Shown: positions 48,726 to 59,201, numbered from the stretch's first letter. The stretch: 64,000 bases of DNA from Nitrosopumilus sp. (GCA_965224195.1 OZ245040.1:416001-480000); one strand, 5' to 3'. Program-made: numbers and translations. Notes: a model not told the origin generated them from the letters alone.

Positions 48726-51161
48726 TTGAAAAAAATACACTCTGTATCATTCCTGTTCTTACTTGTGGCTACTTTGACCAGTGTGCCAATTAATCCAGTT
48801 TTTGCTGCTGATGACTTAGACAATGATGGCGTTGATGATTCTATAGATGCATGTCCTAATTTACAAGAAGATTATGAAGGAACTATAGATGGATGTCCAT
48901 CAAATTTTGTCCCATGGTATGATGAGGATTATGATGGAATTGAAGATCATATTGATCAATGTCCAAATCTCAAAGAACAATACAATAAATTTCAAGACGA
49001 AGACGGTTGTCCTGATAATCTTCCAGGAAGTGGAGATGGAGGGGCAGCAGATTCTGACGGTGATAGTATTATTGATTTGATAGATAATTGTCCAAACCAA
49101 CCAGAAACTTTCAATGGTATTGATGACATAGACGGTTGTCCTGACTCTTATGGTGCGGGTGATAGAGACTTGGATGGTGTTTCAGATTATATAGATGAAT
49201 GTCCACTAAGTGCTGAAACTTACAACAGATTCCAAGACGAAGACGGTTGTCCTGATTCTGTTAATGATTTTAATTTTGTAGATACTGATAATGATGGTAT
49301 TCAAGATAAAATTGATTTGTGTCCAACTGAACCTGAAGTGTATAATGGATACAGAGACACAGACGGTTGTCCAGACATTGCATTAGATATTTCATTTGAT
49401 GATAAAGACGGTGATGGCATTGCTGATCAATTTGATATTTGTCCAAACCAACCAGAAACTTTCAATAGATTTGCAGACTATGACGGTTGTCCAGATTCAC
49501 TTCCATTATTTGATGGAACACAAAATGATGCAGATGGTGATAGAATTATGGATGTTGATGATGCATGTCCATTAGATTTTGAAAGATACAATGGTTTCCA
49601 AGATGATGACGGTTGTCCAGACATACCACCTTATTCAAGTGATAATGATTCAGATCTTGACGGAATTCCAAATAGTATTGATCAATGTCCAAATGTAAAA
49701 GAAACTTACAACAGATTCCAAGACTATGACGGTTGTCCTGATTATCAAGGTGACAATAAAGGCACTCCAGATTCAGATGGTGATGGAATTAATGACTTTT
49801 CAGATTTATGTCCAAACCAACCAGAAACTTTCAATGGTGTGTTTGACAGAGACGGTTGTCCTGACAGTGATTCTACATCTGATAGAGACCAAGATGGTGT
49901 TCCAGATTATTTAGATGCATGTCCAACTGCTAAAGAAAATTACAATAATATTCAAGACGAAGACGGTTGTCCAGATGGCACATCCGGATTATCAGGATCT
50001 GACTTTGATGGTGATGGAATATTTGATTTGAATGACAAATGTCCTCTTGAACCAGAAACTGTAAATGGTTATCAAGATCAAGACGGTTGTCCAGATATTT
50101 CAGTTTTAGATACTGACGGTGACGGTATTAGAGATTCATTAGATCAATGCCCATCAACTGCAGAAACTTGGAATCGTTATCAAGATCAAGACGGTTGTCC
50201 TGACAATCCTTCTGAATCTGACTCCGATGCAGATGGTATATTAGATTCATTAGATCAATGTCCTCTTGACCGAGAAAGATACAATGGCTTCCAAGATGAT
50301 GACGGTTGTCCAGATTATCCTGATTTCATTACTTCATTAGATTCAGACTATGACGGTATTCCAGATTATTCTGATGAATGTCCTCTAGTTCCTGAAACTT
50401 ACAACAAATTCCAAGATCTAGACGGTTGTCCTGATTATCAAGGTGACAATAAAGGCACTCCAGATTCAGATGGTGATGGAATTAATGATTACAATGATCA
50501 CTGTCCAAACCAACCAGAAACATATAATGGAATTTTAGATCTAGACGGTTGTCCAGATAATTATATTTTAAGTCATGATAGAGATCAAGATGGAATCCCA
50601 GATGCAATTGATGCATGTCCAACCACTAAAGAAACTTACAACAAATTCCAAGATGATGACGGTTGTCCAGATTCTGTTTCAGAATCATTTGTAGTTGATT
50701 CAGATAATGATGGAATTAATGACGTTTATGATGATTGTCCTCTAGTTGCTGAAAATTATAATGGCTTCCAAGATGATGACGGTTGTCCAGATATTGATAA
50801 TACTCAACCTGACTCTGACGATGATGGTGTTCCAGATGCAATGGATATGTGTCCAGAACAAAATGAAGTTTGGAATAGATATGTTGACTATGACGGCTGT
50901 CCAGATACATTACCACTAGGTAACGTCATAATTGATAATGATGAAGATGGAATTAATGACGAAGTTGATTTATGTCCAAATGAACAAGAGTCTTGGAATA
51001 AATACAATGATCATGACGGTTGTCCCGACATTGCTCCAGAACAGTCTAGATACAAACATGATGCTGATTTAGATGATATTATTAATGAAAATGACATGTG
51101 TCCTCTAGAACCTGAGGATTATGATGGTGATAGAGATGCAGATGGATGTCCTGACCCATAG
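48726..51161 (+). CDS. Secreted thrombospondin type-3 repeat protein 1
   Basis: Signal peptide; about 20 repeats D.D.DG..D..D.CP...E.YN..QD.DGCPD. Confidence 0.88.
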   Translation: MKKIHSVSFLFLLVATLTSVPINPVFAADDLDNDGVDDSIDACPNLQEDYEGTIDGCPSNFVPWYDEDYDGIEDHIDQCPNLKEQYNKFQDEDGCPDNLPGSGDGGAADSDGDSIIDLIDNCPNQPETFNGIDDIDGCPDSYGAGDRDLDGVSDYIDECPLSAETYNRFQDEDGCPDSVNDFNFVDTDNDGIQDKIDLCPTEPEVYNGYRDTDGCPDIALDISFDDKDGDGIADQFDICPNQPETFNRFADYDGCPDSLPLFDGTQNDADGDRIMDVDDACPLDFERYNGFQDDDGCPDIPPYSSDNDSDLDGIPNSIDQCPNVKETYNRFQDYDGCPDYQGDNKGTPDSDGDGINDFSDLCPNQPETFNGVFDRDGCPDSDSTSDRDQDGVPDYLDACPTAKENYNNIQDEDGCPDGTSGLSGSDFDGDGIFDLNDKCPLEPETVNGYQDQDGCPDISVLDTDGDGIRDSLDQCPSTAETWNRYQDQDGCPDNPSESDSDADGILDSLDQCPLDRERYNGFQDDDGCPDYPDFITSLDSDYDGIPDYSDECPLVPETYNKFQDLDGCPDYQGDNKGTPDSDGDGINDYNDHCPNQPETYNGILDLDGCPDNYILSHDRDQDGIPDAIDACPTTKETYNKFQDDDGCPDSVSESFVVDSDNDGINDVYDDCPLVAENYNGFQDDDGCPDIDNTQPDSDDDGVPDAMDMCPEQNEVWNRYVDYDGCPDTLPLGNVIIDNDEDGINDEVDLCPNEQESWNKYNDHDGCPDIAPEQSRYKHDADLDDIINENDMCPLEPEDYDGDRDADGCPDP

Positions 51162-51173
51162 GTGTGTTTTAAA

Positions 51174-53345
51174 ATGAAAAAACAATATCTTTTAGGATTT
51201 TTACTTTTACTCACATCAACTATTGGCATGATGCCAAGTAGTGTTTTTGCAGTTGAAGCAATTGATACTGATGGTGATGGTGTACCAAATAATTTGGATC
51301 AATGCCCTAATCTTTTAGAAGACTATGATCCTCAATATGGTAACAACATTGACGGTTGTCCAGCTGATTTTGTTCCATGGTATGATGCAGATTATGACGG
51401 TGTAGAGGATCATGTTGACAATTGCCCTACAGTAAAAGAAACTTACAATAAATTCCAAGATGATGACGGTTGTCCAGATCTATCTCCTGTTGATGCTCAA
51501 GGCATTTATGATACTGATGGCGACAGTTATCCTGATTTCATGGATTTATGTCCAAACCAACCAGAAACTTTCAATGGTATTGATGACAAAGACGGTTGTC
51601 CTGATGATTTTACGAGTGTAACAGATTCTGATCAAGATGGTATCTCTGATACATTAGATGCATGTCCACTAGAACCTGAAACTTACAACAGATATCTTGA
51701 TCTTGATGGTTGCCCTGACAGTGCAGATTCAATCACTTCACAATACGTATTCCCAGATACTGATGGTGATGGTATTGAAGATAGATGGGATCAATGTATT
51801 GATGAACCAGAAAATTATAATGATTATCTAGACCATGACGGTTGTCCTGATATCCTAGGTATTACTTCTTTAGAAGCTCCTGATGCAGATTATGATGGAA
51901 TTCCAGATGATTTAGATGAATGTCCACTAGACCGTGAGAATTACAATAAATTCCAAGATGAAGACGGTTGCCCTGATGTATTACAATTTACAATAACTGG
52001 AGATGCTGATGGTGACGGTATTTTAGATCAAAATGATTCTTGCCCTTTCAGTCCTGAAACTTACAACAGATTCCAAGATAATGACGGTTGTCCAGATTAT
52101 GTAGCAGATAATAGATTTGCATTTGATACTGATGGCGACGGTATTCCTGATAACTTGGATCACTGTCCAAACCAACCAGAAACATATAATGGAATTCTAG
52201 ACCATGACGGTTGTCCAGATGAATTAACATCTAGTTTAGATTCTGATGTTGATGGTATTGTAGATATCTTTGATGCATGTCCACTAGAACCTGAAACTTA
52301 CAACAGATATCTTGATCTTGATGGTTGCCCTGACAGTGCAGATTCAATCACTTCACAATACGTATTCCCAGATACTGATGGTGATGGTATTGAAGATAGA
52401 TGGGATCAATGTATTGATGAACCAGAAAATTATAATGATTATCTAGACCATGACGGTTGTCCAGATATTTCAGGAACTACAGCTGGTGTCATGCTTGATG
52501 CTGACTTTGATGGTTTAGCAGATCATCTAGATAAATGCCCTACTATAGCTGAAAGATACAACAAATTCCAAGATGAAGATGGTTGCCCTGACAGTATAGA
52601 TTATCAAACAATTGGTGATTCAGACAATGATGGTATTTATGACGACTTAGATCAATGCCCTCTTGCTAAAGAAACTTACAACAGATTCCAAGATAATGAC
52701 GGTTGTCCAGATTATGTAGCAGATAATAGATTTGCATTTGATACTGATGGCGACGGTATTCCTGATAACTTGGATCACTGTCCAAACCAACCAGAAATAT
52801 TTAATGGAATTCTAGACCATGACGGTTGTCCAGATGAATTAATATCTAGTTTAGATTCTGATGTTGATGGTATTGTAGATATCTTTGATGCATGTCCACT
52901 AGAACCTGAAACTTACAACAGATATCTTGATCTTGATGGTTGCCCTGACAGTGCAGATTCAATCACTTCACAATACGTATTCCCAGATACTGATGGTGAT
53001 GGTATTGAAGATAGATGGGATCAATGTATTGATGAACCAGAAAATTATAATGATTATCTAGACCATGACGGTTGTCCAGATATTCCAGGTGCACAATCAA
53101 CTACTCCTGTTTATGCAGATTCTGACAGTGATGGATATCCTGATATCAATGATTCATGTCCAACAAGCTCAGAAACTTGGAATAAATATCTAGACTGGGA
53201 TGGTTGCCCGGATACTGCACCTGAACAACAAAGATTTGTTCATGATGATGATTTAGATGACATCATCAACGATGAAGATCTTTGTCCTCTTGATCCTGAA
53301 GATTATGATGGTGACAGAGATTTAGACGGTTGTCCTGATCCTTAG
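51174..53345 (+). CDS. Secreted thrombospondin type-3 repeat protein 2
   Basis: Signal peptide MKKQYLLG..; TSP3-like Asp-rich repeats; internal 615-bp periodicity. Confidence 0.88.
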   Translation: MKKQYLLGFLLLLTSTIGMMPSSVFAVEAIDTDGDGVPNNLDQCPNLLEDYDPQYGNNIDGCPADFVPWYDADYDGVEDHVDNCPTVKETYNKFQDDDGCPDLSPVDAQGIYDTDGDSYPDFMDLCPNQPETFNGIDDKDGCPDDFTSVTDSDQDGISDTLDACPLEPETYNRYLDLDGCPDSADSITSQYVFPDTDGDGIEDRWDQCIDEPENYNDYLDHDGCPDILGITSLEAPDADYDGIPDDLDECPLDRENYNKFQDEDGCPDVLQFTITGDADGDGILDQNDSCPFSPETYNRFQDNDGCPDYVADNRFAFDTDGDGIPDNLDHCPNQPETYNGILDHDGCPDELTSSLDSDVDGIVDIFDACPLEPETYNRYLDLDGCPDSADSITSQYVFPDTDGDGIEDRWDQCIDEPENYNDYLDHDGCPDISGTTAGVMLDADFDGLADHLDKCPTIAERYNKFQDEDGCPDSIDYQTIGDSDNDGIYDDLDQCPLAKETYNRFQDNDGCPDYVADNRFAFDTDGDGIPDNLDHCPNQPEIFNGILDHDGCPDELISSLDSDVDGIVDIFDACPLEPETYNRYLDLDGCPDSADSITSQYVFPDTDGDGIEDRWDQCIDEPENYNDYLDHDGCPDIPGAQSTTPVYADSDSDGYPDINDSCPTSSETWNKYLDWDGCPDTAPEQQRFVHDDDLDDIINDEDLCPLDPEDYDGDRDLDGCPDP
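51657..53083 (+). repeat. Nucleotide-identical internal blocks with 615-bp period
   Basis: 191-bp block at 51657-51847, 52272-52462 and 52887-53077; about 413-bp block 52056-52468 vs 52671-53083 with 3 substitutions seen. Confidence 0.88.
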
Positions 53346-53428
53346 TACTATTTTACGATCTCAATATTTAGAAGAATCTATTTAACGTGAGACTTAATAG
53401 ATACCTGATAATAGCGGAGTAATATAGA

Positions 53429-55600
53429 ATGAAAAAACAATATCTTTTAGGATTTTTACTTTTACTCACATCAACTATTGGCATGATGCCAAGTAGTGTT
53501 TTTGCTAATGATGAAATTGATACTGATGGTGATGGTGTACCAAATAGTCTTGATTTTTGTCCTAATCTTTTAGAAGACTATGATCCTCAATATGGTAATA
53601 ATGTAGACGGTTGTCCAGCAGACTTTGTTCCATGGTATGATGCAGATTATGATGGAATTCAAGATCATATTGATAATTGTCCAACTGTAAAAGAAAATTA
53701 CAATAAATTCCAAGATGAAGATGGTTGTCCTGATTTGTCTTCTGATGGTACACACGGTATTGCTGATACTGACGGTGATGGTTATCCTGATTTCATGGAT
53801 TTATGTCCAAACCAACCAGAAACTTTCAATGGTATTGATGACAAAGATGGTTGTCCTGATGATTCTATTAGTGCAGCAGATTCTGATCAAGATGGCATCT
53901 CTGATACTTTAGATGCATGTCCATTAGAATCTGAAACTTACAACTTTTATCTTGATCTTGACGGTTGTTCTGACAGTGTTGCTACAGTAGATTCTTCATA
54001 CATATTCCCAGATACTGACGGTGATGGTATTGATGATAGATGGGATCAATGTCTTAATGAACCAGAAAACTATAATGGATTCTTAGATTGGGATGGTTGT
54101 TTTGATGTACCTGGTTCGTTTTCAGATGGTTTAATTGATTCAGATTATGATAGCATTCTTGATTCAGTTGATGCATGTCCACTAGAACGAGAAAATTTTA
54201 ATAAATTCCAAGATGAAGACGGTTGTCCAGATGAAATTGAATTTATTTTTACAGGCGATTCTGACGGTGATGGAATTTTAAATCAATTTGATGTATGTCC
54301 TTATTCACAAGAAACTTACAACCAATATCTTGATCTTGACGGTTGTCCTGACATAATATTTGATAATAAACTTACAACTGATACTGACGATGATGGTATT
54401 CCTGATAATCTAGATCATTGTCCAAACCAACCAGAAACATATAATGGCATTTCTGACGATGATGGTTGTCCAGATAATAATGACTCTACCCTTGATTCGG
54501 ATATGGATGGAATTCTAAACATTAATGATGCATGTCCATCAGAACCTGAAACTTATAATTTTTTCAAAGACGGTGATGGTTGTCCTGATTCAACTGATTC
54601 TGTTGTATCTTCATACGTATTCCCAGATACTGACGGTGATGGTATTGATGATAGATGGGATCAATGTATTGATGAACCAGAAAATTATAATAATTTCTTA
54701 GATACTGATGGATGTCCAGATATACCTGGATTTTCAAAATCTGCCTTATCTGATATTGATTATGATGAAATTCCTGACGAATTTGATTCATGTCCTACAC
54801 TAGCTGAAAGGTATAACAAATTCCAAGATGAAGATGGTTGTCCTGATACAATTGCATATGACTCATTTGGAGATGCTGATTTTGATGGTATTACTGATAA
54901 TATGGATCAATGCCCTGAAGCTAGAGAGACTTACAATCGATATTTAGATGAAGACGGCTGCCCTGATTTGATTCCTGATAATAAATTAGCATTTGATTCA
55001 GATGGCGATGGAATTCCTGATCGTTCAGATTCTTGTCCTGGTCAACCTGAAACTTTTAATGGTGTTGATGACAAAGACGGCTGCCCTGATAAATTTAGAT
55101 TTACCTTGGATTCTGATCAAGATGGAATTGTAGACATCTCTGATACATGTCCACTAGAACCTGAAACTTACAACTTTTATCAAGATGAAGACGGCTGCCC
55201 TGATTCAACTGGTTCTGTTACATCATCATATCTTTTTGCTGATATTGATGGTGATGGAATAGATGATAGATGGGATCAATGCCTTGATGAACAAGAAAAT
55301 TTTAATGGTTATTTAGATTGGGATGGCTGCCCTGATGTGTTGGCAGCAGAGTCTACAACCCCAATAAGACCTGATACTGACGGTGATGGTTACTATGATG
55401 CAATTGATTCATGTCCTACAAATCCTGAAACTTGGAATAAATACAATGATCATGATGGTTGCCCAGATACTGCACCTGAACAACAAAGATTTGTTCATGA
55501 TGATGATTTAGATGACATCATCAACGATGAAGATCTTTGTCCTCTTGATCCTGAAGATTATGATGGTGACAGAGATTTAGACGGTTGTCCAGATAATTAA
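53429..55600 (+). CDS. Secreted thrombospondin type-3 repeat protein 3
   Basis: Paralog of protein 2; identical first 77 nt and an identical 125-nt 3' block. Confidence 0.88.
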   Translation: MKKQYLLGFLLLLTSTIGMMPSSVFANDEIDTDGDGVPNSLDFCPNLLEDYDPQYGNNVDGCPADFVPWYDADYDGIQDHIDNCPTVKENYNKFQDEDGCPDLSSDGTHGIADTDGDGYPDFMDLCPNQPETFNGIDDKDGCPDDSISAADSDQDGISDTLDACPLESETYNFYLDLDGCSDSVATVDSSYIFPDTDGDGIDDRWDQCLNEPENYNGFLDWDGCFDVPGSFSDGLIDSDYDSILDSVDACPLERENFNKFQDEDGCPDEIEFIFTGDSDGDGILNQFDVCPYSQETYNQYLDLDGCPDIIFDNKLTTDTDDDGIPDNLDHCPNQPETYNGISDDDGCPDNNDSTLDSDMDGILNINDACPSEPETYNFFKDGDGCPDSTDSVVSSYVFPDTDGDGIDDRWDQCIDEPENYNNFLDTDGCPDIPGFSKSALSDIDYDEIPDEFDSCPTLAERYNKFQDEDGCPDTIAYDSFGDADFDGITDNMDQCPEARETYNRYLDEDGCPDLIPDNKLAFDSDGDGIPDRSDSCPGQPETFNGVDDKDGCPDKFRFTLDSDQDGIVDISDTCPLEPETYNFYQDEDGCPDSTGSVTSSYLFADIDGDGIDDRWDQCLDEQENFNGYLDWDGCPDVLAAESTTPIRPDTDGDGYYDAIDSCPTNPETWNKYNDHDGCPDTAPEQQRFVHDDDLDDIINDEDLCPLDPEDYDGDRDLDGCPDN

Positions 55601-55657
55601 TAGAATTTCCTGATATCTTTTTGAATGATAAATATATTCAGTTTGTAATGTTTAAAT

Positions 55658-56620
55658 ATGCTTCCAAAATTCTCTAGTAGGGCATTTTTAGCACCTATGG
55701 CAGGCGTAAGTGATCCTGCACTTCGTTTACAATGTAAAAAAATGGGTGCTGGATTAGTTGTAACAGAATTTACAAATATTCATAGTATTATCGCAAAAGA
55801 AAGTCAACTTAAAGAAAGAATGAAAACAATTCAAGAATTTATTGAATATTCTGATGAAGAGCGCCCTCTTTCAATTCAATTATTTGGATCTGATCTTTCT
55901 GCGTTAGAAAAAGCTGCAAAAATTGTAGAACCATATTTTGATATTATTGATTATAACATGGGTTGTCCTGCCCCACACATTACACAACAAATGGCAGGTG
56001 GTGCATTACTACAAGAAGTTAATCTAACACAACAAATTTTCAGCACTCTTGTAAATGCTGTAAAAAAACCTGTAACTCTAAAGATTCGTTCAGGAGTTAC
56101 AGATGCAAGTAAATTTCTCTTTAGAGATATAGCAGAAATTGCTGAAGATGAGGGCATTGAAATGATCACATTCCATCCACGAACTGTTAGCCAAGGATAT
56201 TCTGGAACTGCTGATTGGGATTTGATAAAAGAACTTAAAGAAATTTCTAATATTCCAATTGTTGGAAATGGTGATATTACTACTCCTGAGAATGCTAAAA
56301 CTATGATTGATAATACTAATTGTGATTATGTAATGATTGGTAGAGGAGCAATGGGAAATCCTTTCTTGTTTGAACAAATTAATGATTATTTGAAAACTAA
56401 TTCTTACAAGGAATATTCCTTCAAAGACAAACTAGATTCTTTTTTTGATTACTTACATCTGACCAATCAATACAAAATTAAATTTGCAAATATCAAGGGG
56501 CAAGCAATGAGATTTACTAAAGGTATGAAAGGAGGCTCTAAGTTACGTTCAAAAATTACCCTTTCAAAAAATGTTGAAGAACTTGAAAAGATTATGAATG
56601 ATGCATATTCTTCATCTTAG
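55658..56620 (+). CDS. dus: tRNA-dihydrouridine synthase (DusB-like)
   Basis: LAPMAG, QLFG, NMGCP, TLKIR, HPRT, GNGDI, MIGRGAMGNP. Confidence 0.9.
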   Translation: MLPKFSSRAFLAPMAGVSDPALRLQCKKMGAGLVVTEFTNIHSIIAKESQLKERMKTIQEFIEYSDEERPLSIQLFGSDLSALEKAAKIVEPYFDIIDYNMGCPAPHITQQMAGGALLQEVNLTQQIFSTLVNAVKKPVTLKIRSGVTDASKFLFRDIAEIAEDEGIEMITFHPRTVSQGYSGTADWDLIKELKEISNIPIVGNGDITTPENAKTMIDNTNCDYVMIGRGAMGNPFLFEQINDYLKTNSYKEYSFKDKLDSFFDYLHLTNQYKIKFANIKGQAMRFTKGMKGGSKLRSKITLSKNVEELEKIMNDAYSSS

Positions 56621-56761
56621 AAATATTTTAAATAATTTAAAATTGCTTAACATTTGTTTATCATATAAACCCAATTTGGTATTGAATTTTTAAGCAAAGT
56701 GGACTATTCTTATATATTTCAAGAGTGTATTTTATGTATGAAAATAGGAGTCAAATCGTAA

Positions 56762-57001
56762 TTGGCAACAGCTTATGTACTCATAAACTGTGAGCTAGGT
56801 TCTGAAGAATCTGTTATTTCAGAACTAAAATCTATTGAAGGTGTTGTTGAAGTACATGGTACCTTTGGTGCATATGATATTCTAGCTAAAGTAGAATCAA
56901 GTCAAGTAGAGGCTCTTAGAGAGACTATCACATGGAAAATTAGAAAAATCCCAAAAATTAGATCAACACTAACATTAATGGGAATTGAAGGTCAACAATA
57001 A
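56762..57001 (+). CDS. Lrp/AsnC ligand-binding (RAM) domain protein
   Basis: AYVLIN..G.YDILAKVE..IRKI..I.STLT. Confidence 0.85.
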   Translation: MATAYVLINCELGSEESVISELKSIEGVVEVHGTFGAYDILAKVESSQVEALRETITWKIRKIPKIRSTLTLMGIEGQQ

Positions 57002-57045
57002 TCTTCAAAATCCTTTGCTTTTATACTCAAATTGTAATACGATAC

Positions 57046-57112
57046 TATCCCTTCAAAAACATGTCCCCCAAAGGGATACCGCCCTGAGAGGTCTATTCAC
57101 CATTCCTCTCAG
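57046..57112. ncRNA. Candidate two-hairpin small RNA
   Basis: Adjacent 8-bp stems TATCCCTT/AAGGGATA (57046-57078) and CTGAGAGG/CCTCTCAG (57084-57112) in a GC-enriched gap between convergent genes. Confidence 0.4.
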
Positions 57113-57165
57113 CAGTTTAATTATCATTAATTCATGTATTCTATAATTTTGATAAAAGAAAATAA

Positions 57166-57513
57166 TTAGAGGGCTTCAGAACCACTCTTTTTAGATGCGA
57201 TATTTAGAACGCTATCTACACTGGATACAACAATAATGCCATCTCCACCTTTTCCGGTATATGATGCATCAGCAATTGCTGTAGAAATTTTTTCTACATC
57301 TGCGTCGTCGACTATTGTCGAGATAGTTGCAACTTTGTTGTATTCGGCAGTCACTGTACCTGTTCCTCTTCCAGATCTGATTTCTTGTCTTGCTCCGGAA
57401 CCTCTTCCGTTACCTTCTAGAATGGTAAATCCACCAACAAGATCGTTAATCGCATCAGACACTGCGGCTATTTTACTGCCTTGAATAGTTGCCTCAATTC
57501 GTTTCATTTGCAT
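57166..57513 (-). CDS. glnB: P-II nitrogen regulatory protein
   Basis: MKRIEATI, G.T..EG.GRG T-loop, TGKGGDGII.VS.V. Confidence 0.87.
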   Translation of the reverse strand: MQMKRIEATIQGSKIAAVSDAINDLVGGFTILEGNGRGSGARQEIRSGRGTGTVTAEYNKVATISTIVDDADVEKISTAIADASYTGKGGDGIIVVSSVDSVLNIASKKSGSEAL

Positions 57514-57634
57514 TCTTTTTTTGGTATTCTTTAAAAAAGATCATATGTTTTTATTCAAATTTTATGATACTATAGATTCTAGTTGGTTATGTCATAATCC
57601 TCTGATCTTTTTAGTATCTGAGAAAAATAAAATT

Positions 57635-57811
57635 ATGAAAAGTGATGAAAAAAGGTCTCATAGACTCAATTATCTCTTAAAGTGTTATCTGTTAAATCCT
57701 AAAGAAGTTGATCTGTACCAAAGAGCAAAACAAATGGGCGTCACTGATTCAACTGCTAAGGACTACATTAGAACAGTCATAATACAAGCTCAAAAAATCT
57801 GTGCAAAATAG
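57635..57811 (+). CDS. Small HTH-like hypothetical protein (58 aa)
   Basis: RAKQMGVTDSTAKDYI HTH-like motif; ATG 57635 preferred over the longer ORF. Confidence 0.55.
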   Translation: MKSDEKRSHRLNYLLKCYLLNPKEVDLYQRAKQMGVTDSTAKDYIRTVIIQAQKICAK

Positions 57812-57857
57812 CTATCTGACATATATTCATAAATAATCAATTTGAGAGAAAATACAC

Positions 57858-58553
57858 ATGACAAATCCATTGTTGGATAACGTAAAGGCTCTTTTGGATG
57901 ATGATTTTGGAGATGACAGAATTCTAAAGCAAATTTGTAGAGCATGTGAAAATAATGAAATTATTAGTAATTATGAACGAAATTATGTACGACAGTTAGC
58001 TGAAAAACATCTAGGAAGAAAACCTGAATTTACTCCAACTCCTTCAGTTGTAGAAAAAATATCAATTCCTGATGTTCCAATACCTGAAATTCAACCTATT
58101 CAACAAACCCAATCATTTCAAACTGAAGTACCTCGAATATCATATTCAAAATCAAAAAATAAAAAAATTATGTTTGGTATTGGTGGACTAGCTTTAGTAA
58201 TAATTATTGCAGCAGCAGTTTCTTTTAATGGTCTTCCAACTGGAACTACAATTAATACTCCCTCAAACAATACCCCAATTTCACTGTTAATTCAAACTGA
58301 TTTAGAATCATACAACAAAAAGGATTTAATTTCAATTAGTGGTGAGTCTACCTCTACAGGAACTGTAAATCTTTCAATTAAGAATCAAAATAATGAACTT
58401 GTGTGGGTAGAAAAAATATCATTGAAAAGTGATGGACGATTTTCAACTTTAGCGATTGCAGGAGGTTCAGGATGGGAAAAATCTGGTACTTATACAATTA
58501 CAGTAGATGATGGCAAAGAAATACAATCTGACACGTTTTCATTTACTGCATAA
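57858..58553 (+). CDS. Single-pass membrane protein with extracellular Ig-like domain
   Basis: Cytoplasmic N-domain, Pro-rich linker, TM helix, TD..SY..GTYTITV Ig-like domain. Confidence 0.7.
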   Translation: MTNPLLDNVKALLDDDFGDDRILKQICRACENNEIISNYERNYVRQLAEKHLGRKPEFTPTPSVVEKISIPDVPIPEIQPIQQTQSFQTEVPRISYSKSKNKKIMFGIGGLALVIIIAAAVSFNGLPTGTTINTPSNNTPISLLIQTDLESYNKKDLISISGESTSTGTVNLSIKNQNNELVWVEKISLKSDGRFSTLAIAGGSGWEKSGTYTITVDDGKEIQSDTFSFTA

Positions 58554-58554
58554 A

Positions 58555-59130
58555 TTATTCAAATTCTTTCCAATGTGAATCAACCAAGTCTCGTAATTTT
58601 TCAACACTAATCTCATTCATATATTCACGATAAACTATGAATTTATTTTGTTTACTTGCATCGTCATCATAGATATCTGTAGTGTTATTTGGAATTGCAC
58701 CTGATTTCCATTGATTCATTTCAAAAATCCATATTGTTGAATCTGGGTTAGAAAAATCGATGTCATCACATCCAACAACGTATAGATAACATTTTGTTGC
58801 CATGTTTAATTTTTCATGTAGTTTTTCATATGCTATCATTTGCCCTTTTGCTATGTTGATTTTGTCATTATGAAATCCCTTGAATTCTAAAATGATGAAT
58901 CCTCCTCTATGTTCAATTAACCAGTCAATATCTGTACCACCTGAGGCTATCATACCATGTACAATAAGATCACCTAGAACTTCTCTTCCACGTGTAAACT
59001 CAGATTCGTCAAATATCTGATATTTTGCTTTTGGGCTTTTACGATTGATTTGTTTATCTACTTGTTGAGTTTGAATTGAATTTTCCTTTTCATACAATGT
59101 ATCGATTAAATCTCTTGTTTCATCAGACAT
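58555..59130 (-). CDS. Putative PD-(D/E)XK-fold nuclease
   Basis: TDIDW..(10)..ILEFK..GQ..AY core pattern. Confidence 0.55.
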   Translation of the reverse strand: MSDETRDLIDTLYEKENSIQTQQVDKQINRKSPKAKYQIFDESEFTRGREVLGDLIVHGMIASGGTDIDWLIEHRGGFIILEFKGFHNDKINIAKGQMIAYEKLHEKLNMATKCYLYVVGCDDIDFSNPDSTIWIFEMNQWKSGAIPNNTTDIYDDDASKQNKFIVYREYMNEISVEKLRDLVDSHWKEFE

Positions 59131-59201
59131 TATTTTCAGATTTTTTAACTAAATGATAAGAGATTGTGTAAAATTTAGTAAAGTTCTATGATTTTTCTAA
59201 T

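Noticed and set aside
48726-55600. Regularly spaced GACGGTTGTCC motif resembling a CRISPR array or a DGR template/variable repeat
   Set aside because: It encodes the DGCP of in-frame TSP3 repeats and varies at synonymous positions; there is no cas or reverse transcriptase gene in the window and no adenine-specific mismatch pattern
57046-57115. TPP or glycine riboswitch, suggested by GCTGAGA, CTCTCAGG and GAAGGGA on the minus strand
   Set aside because: The core TGAACCTG..TAAT (TPP) and GCCGAAG (glycine) motifs are absent, and the element lies downstream of both flanking genes
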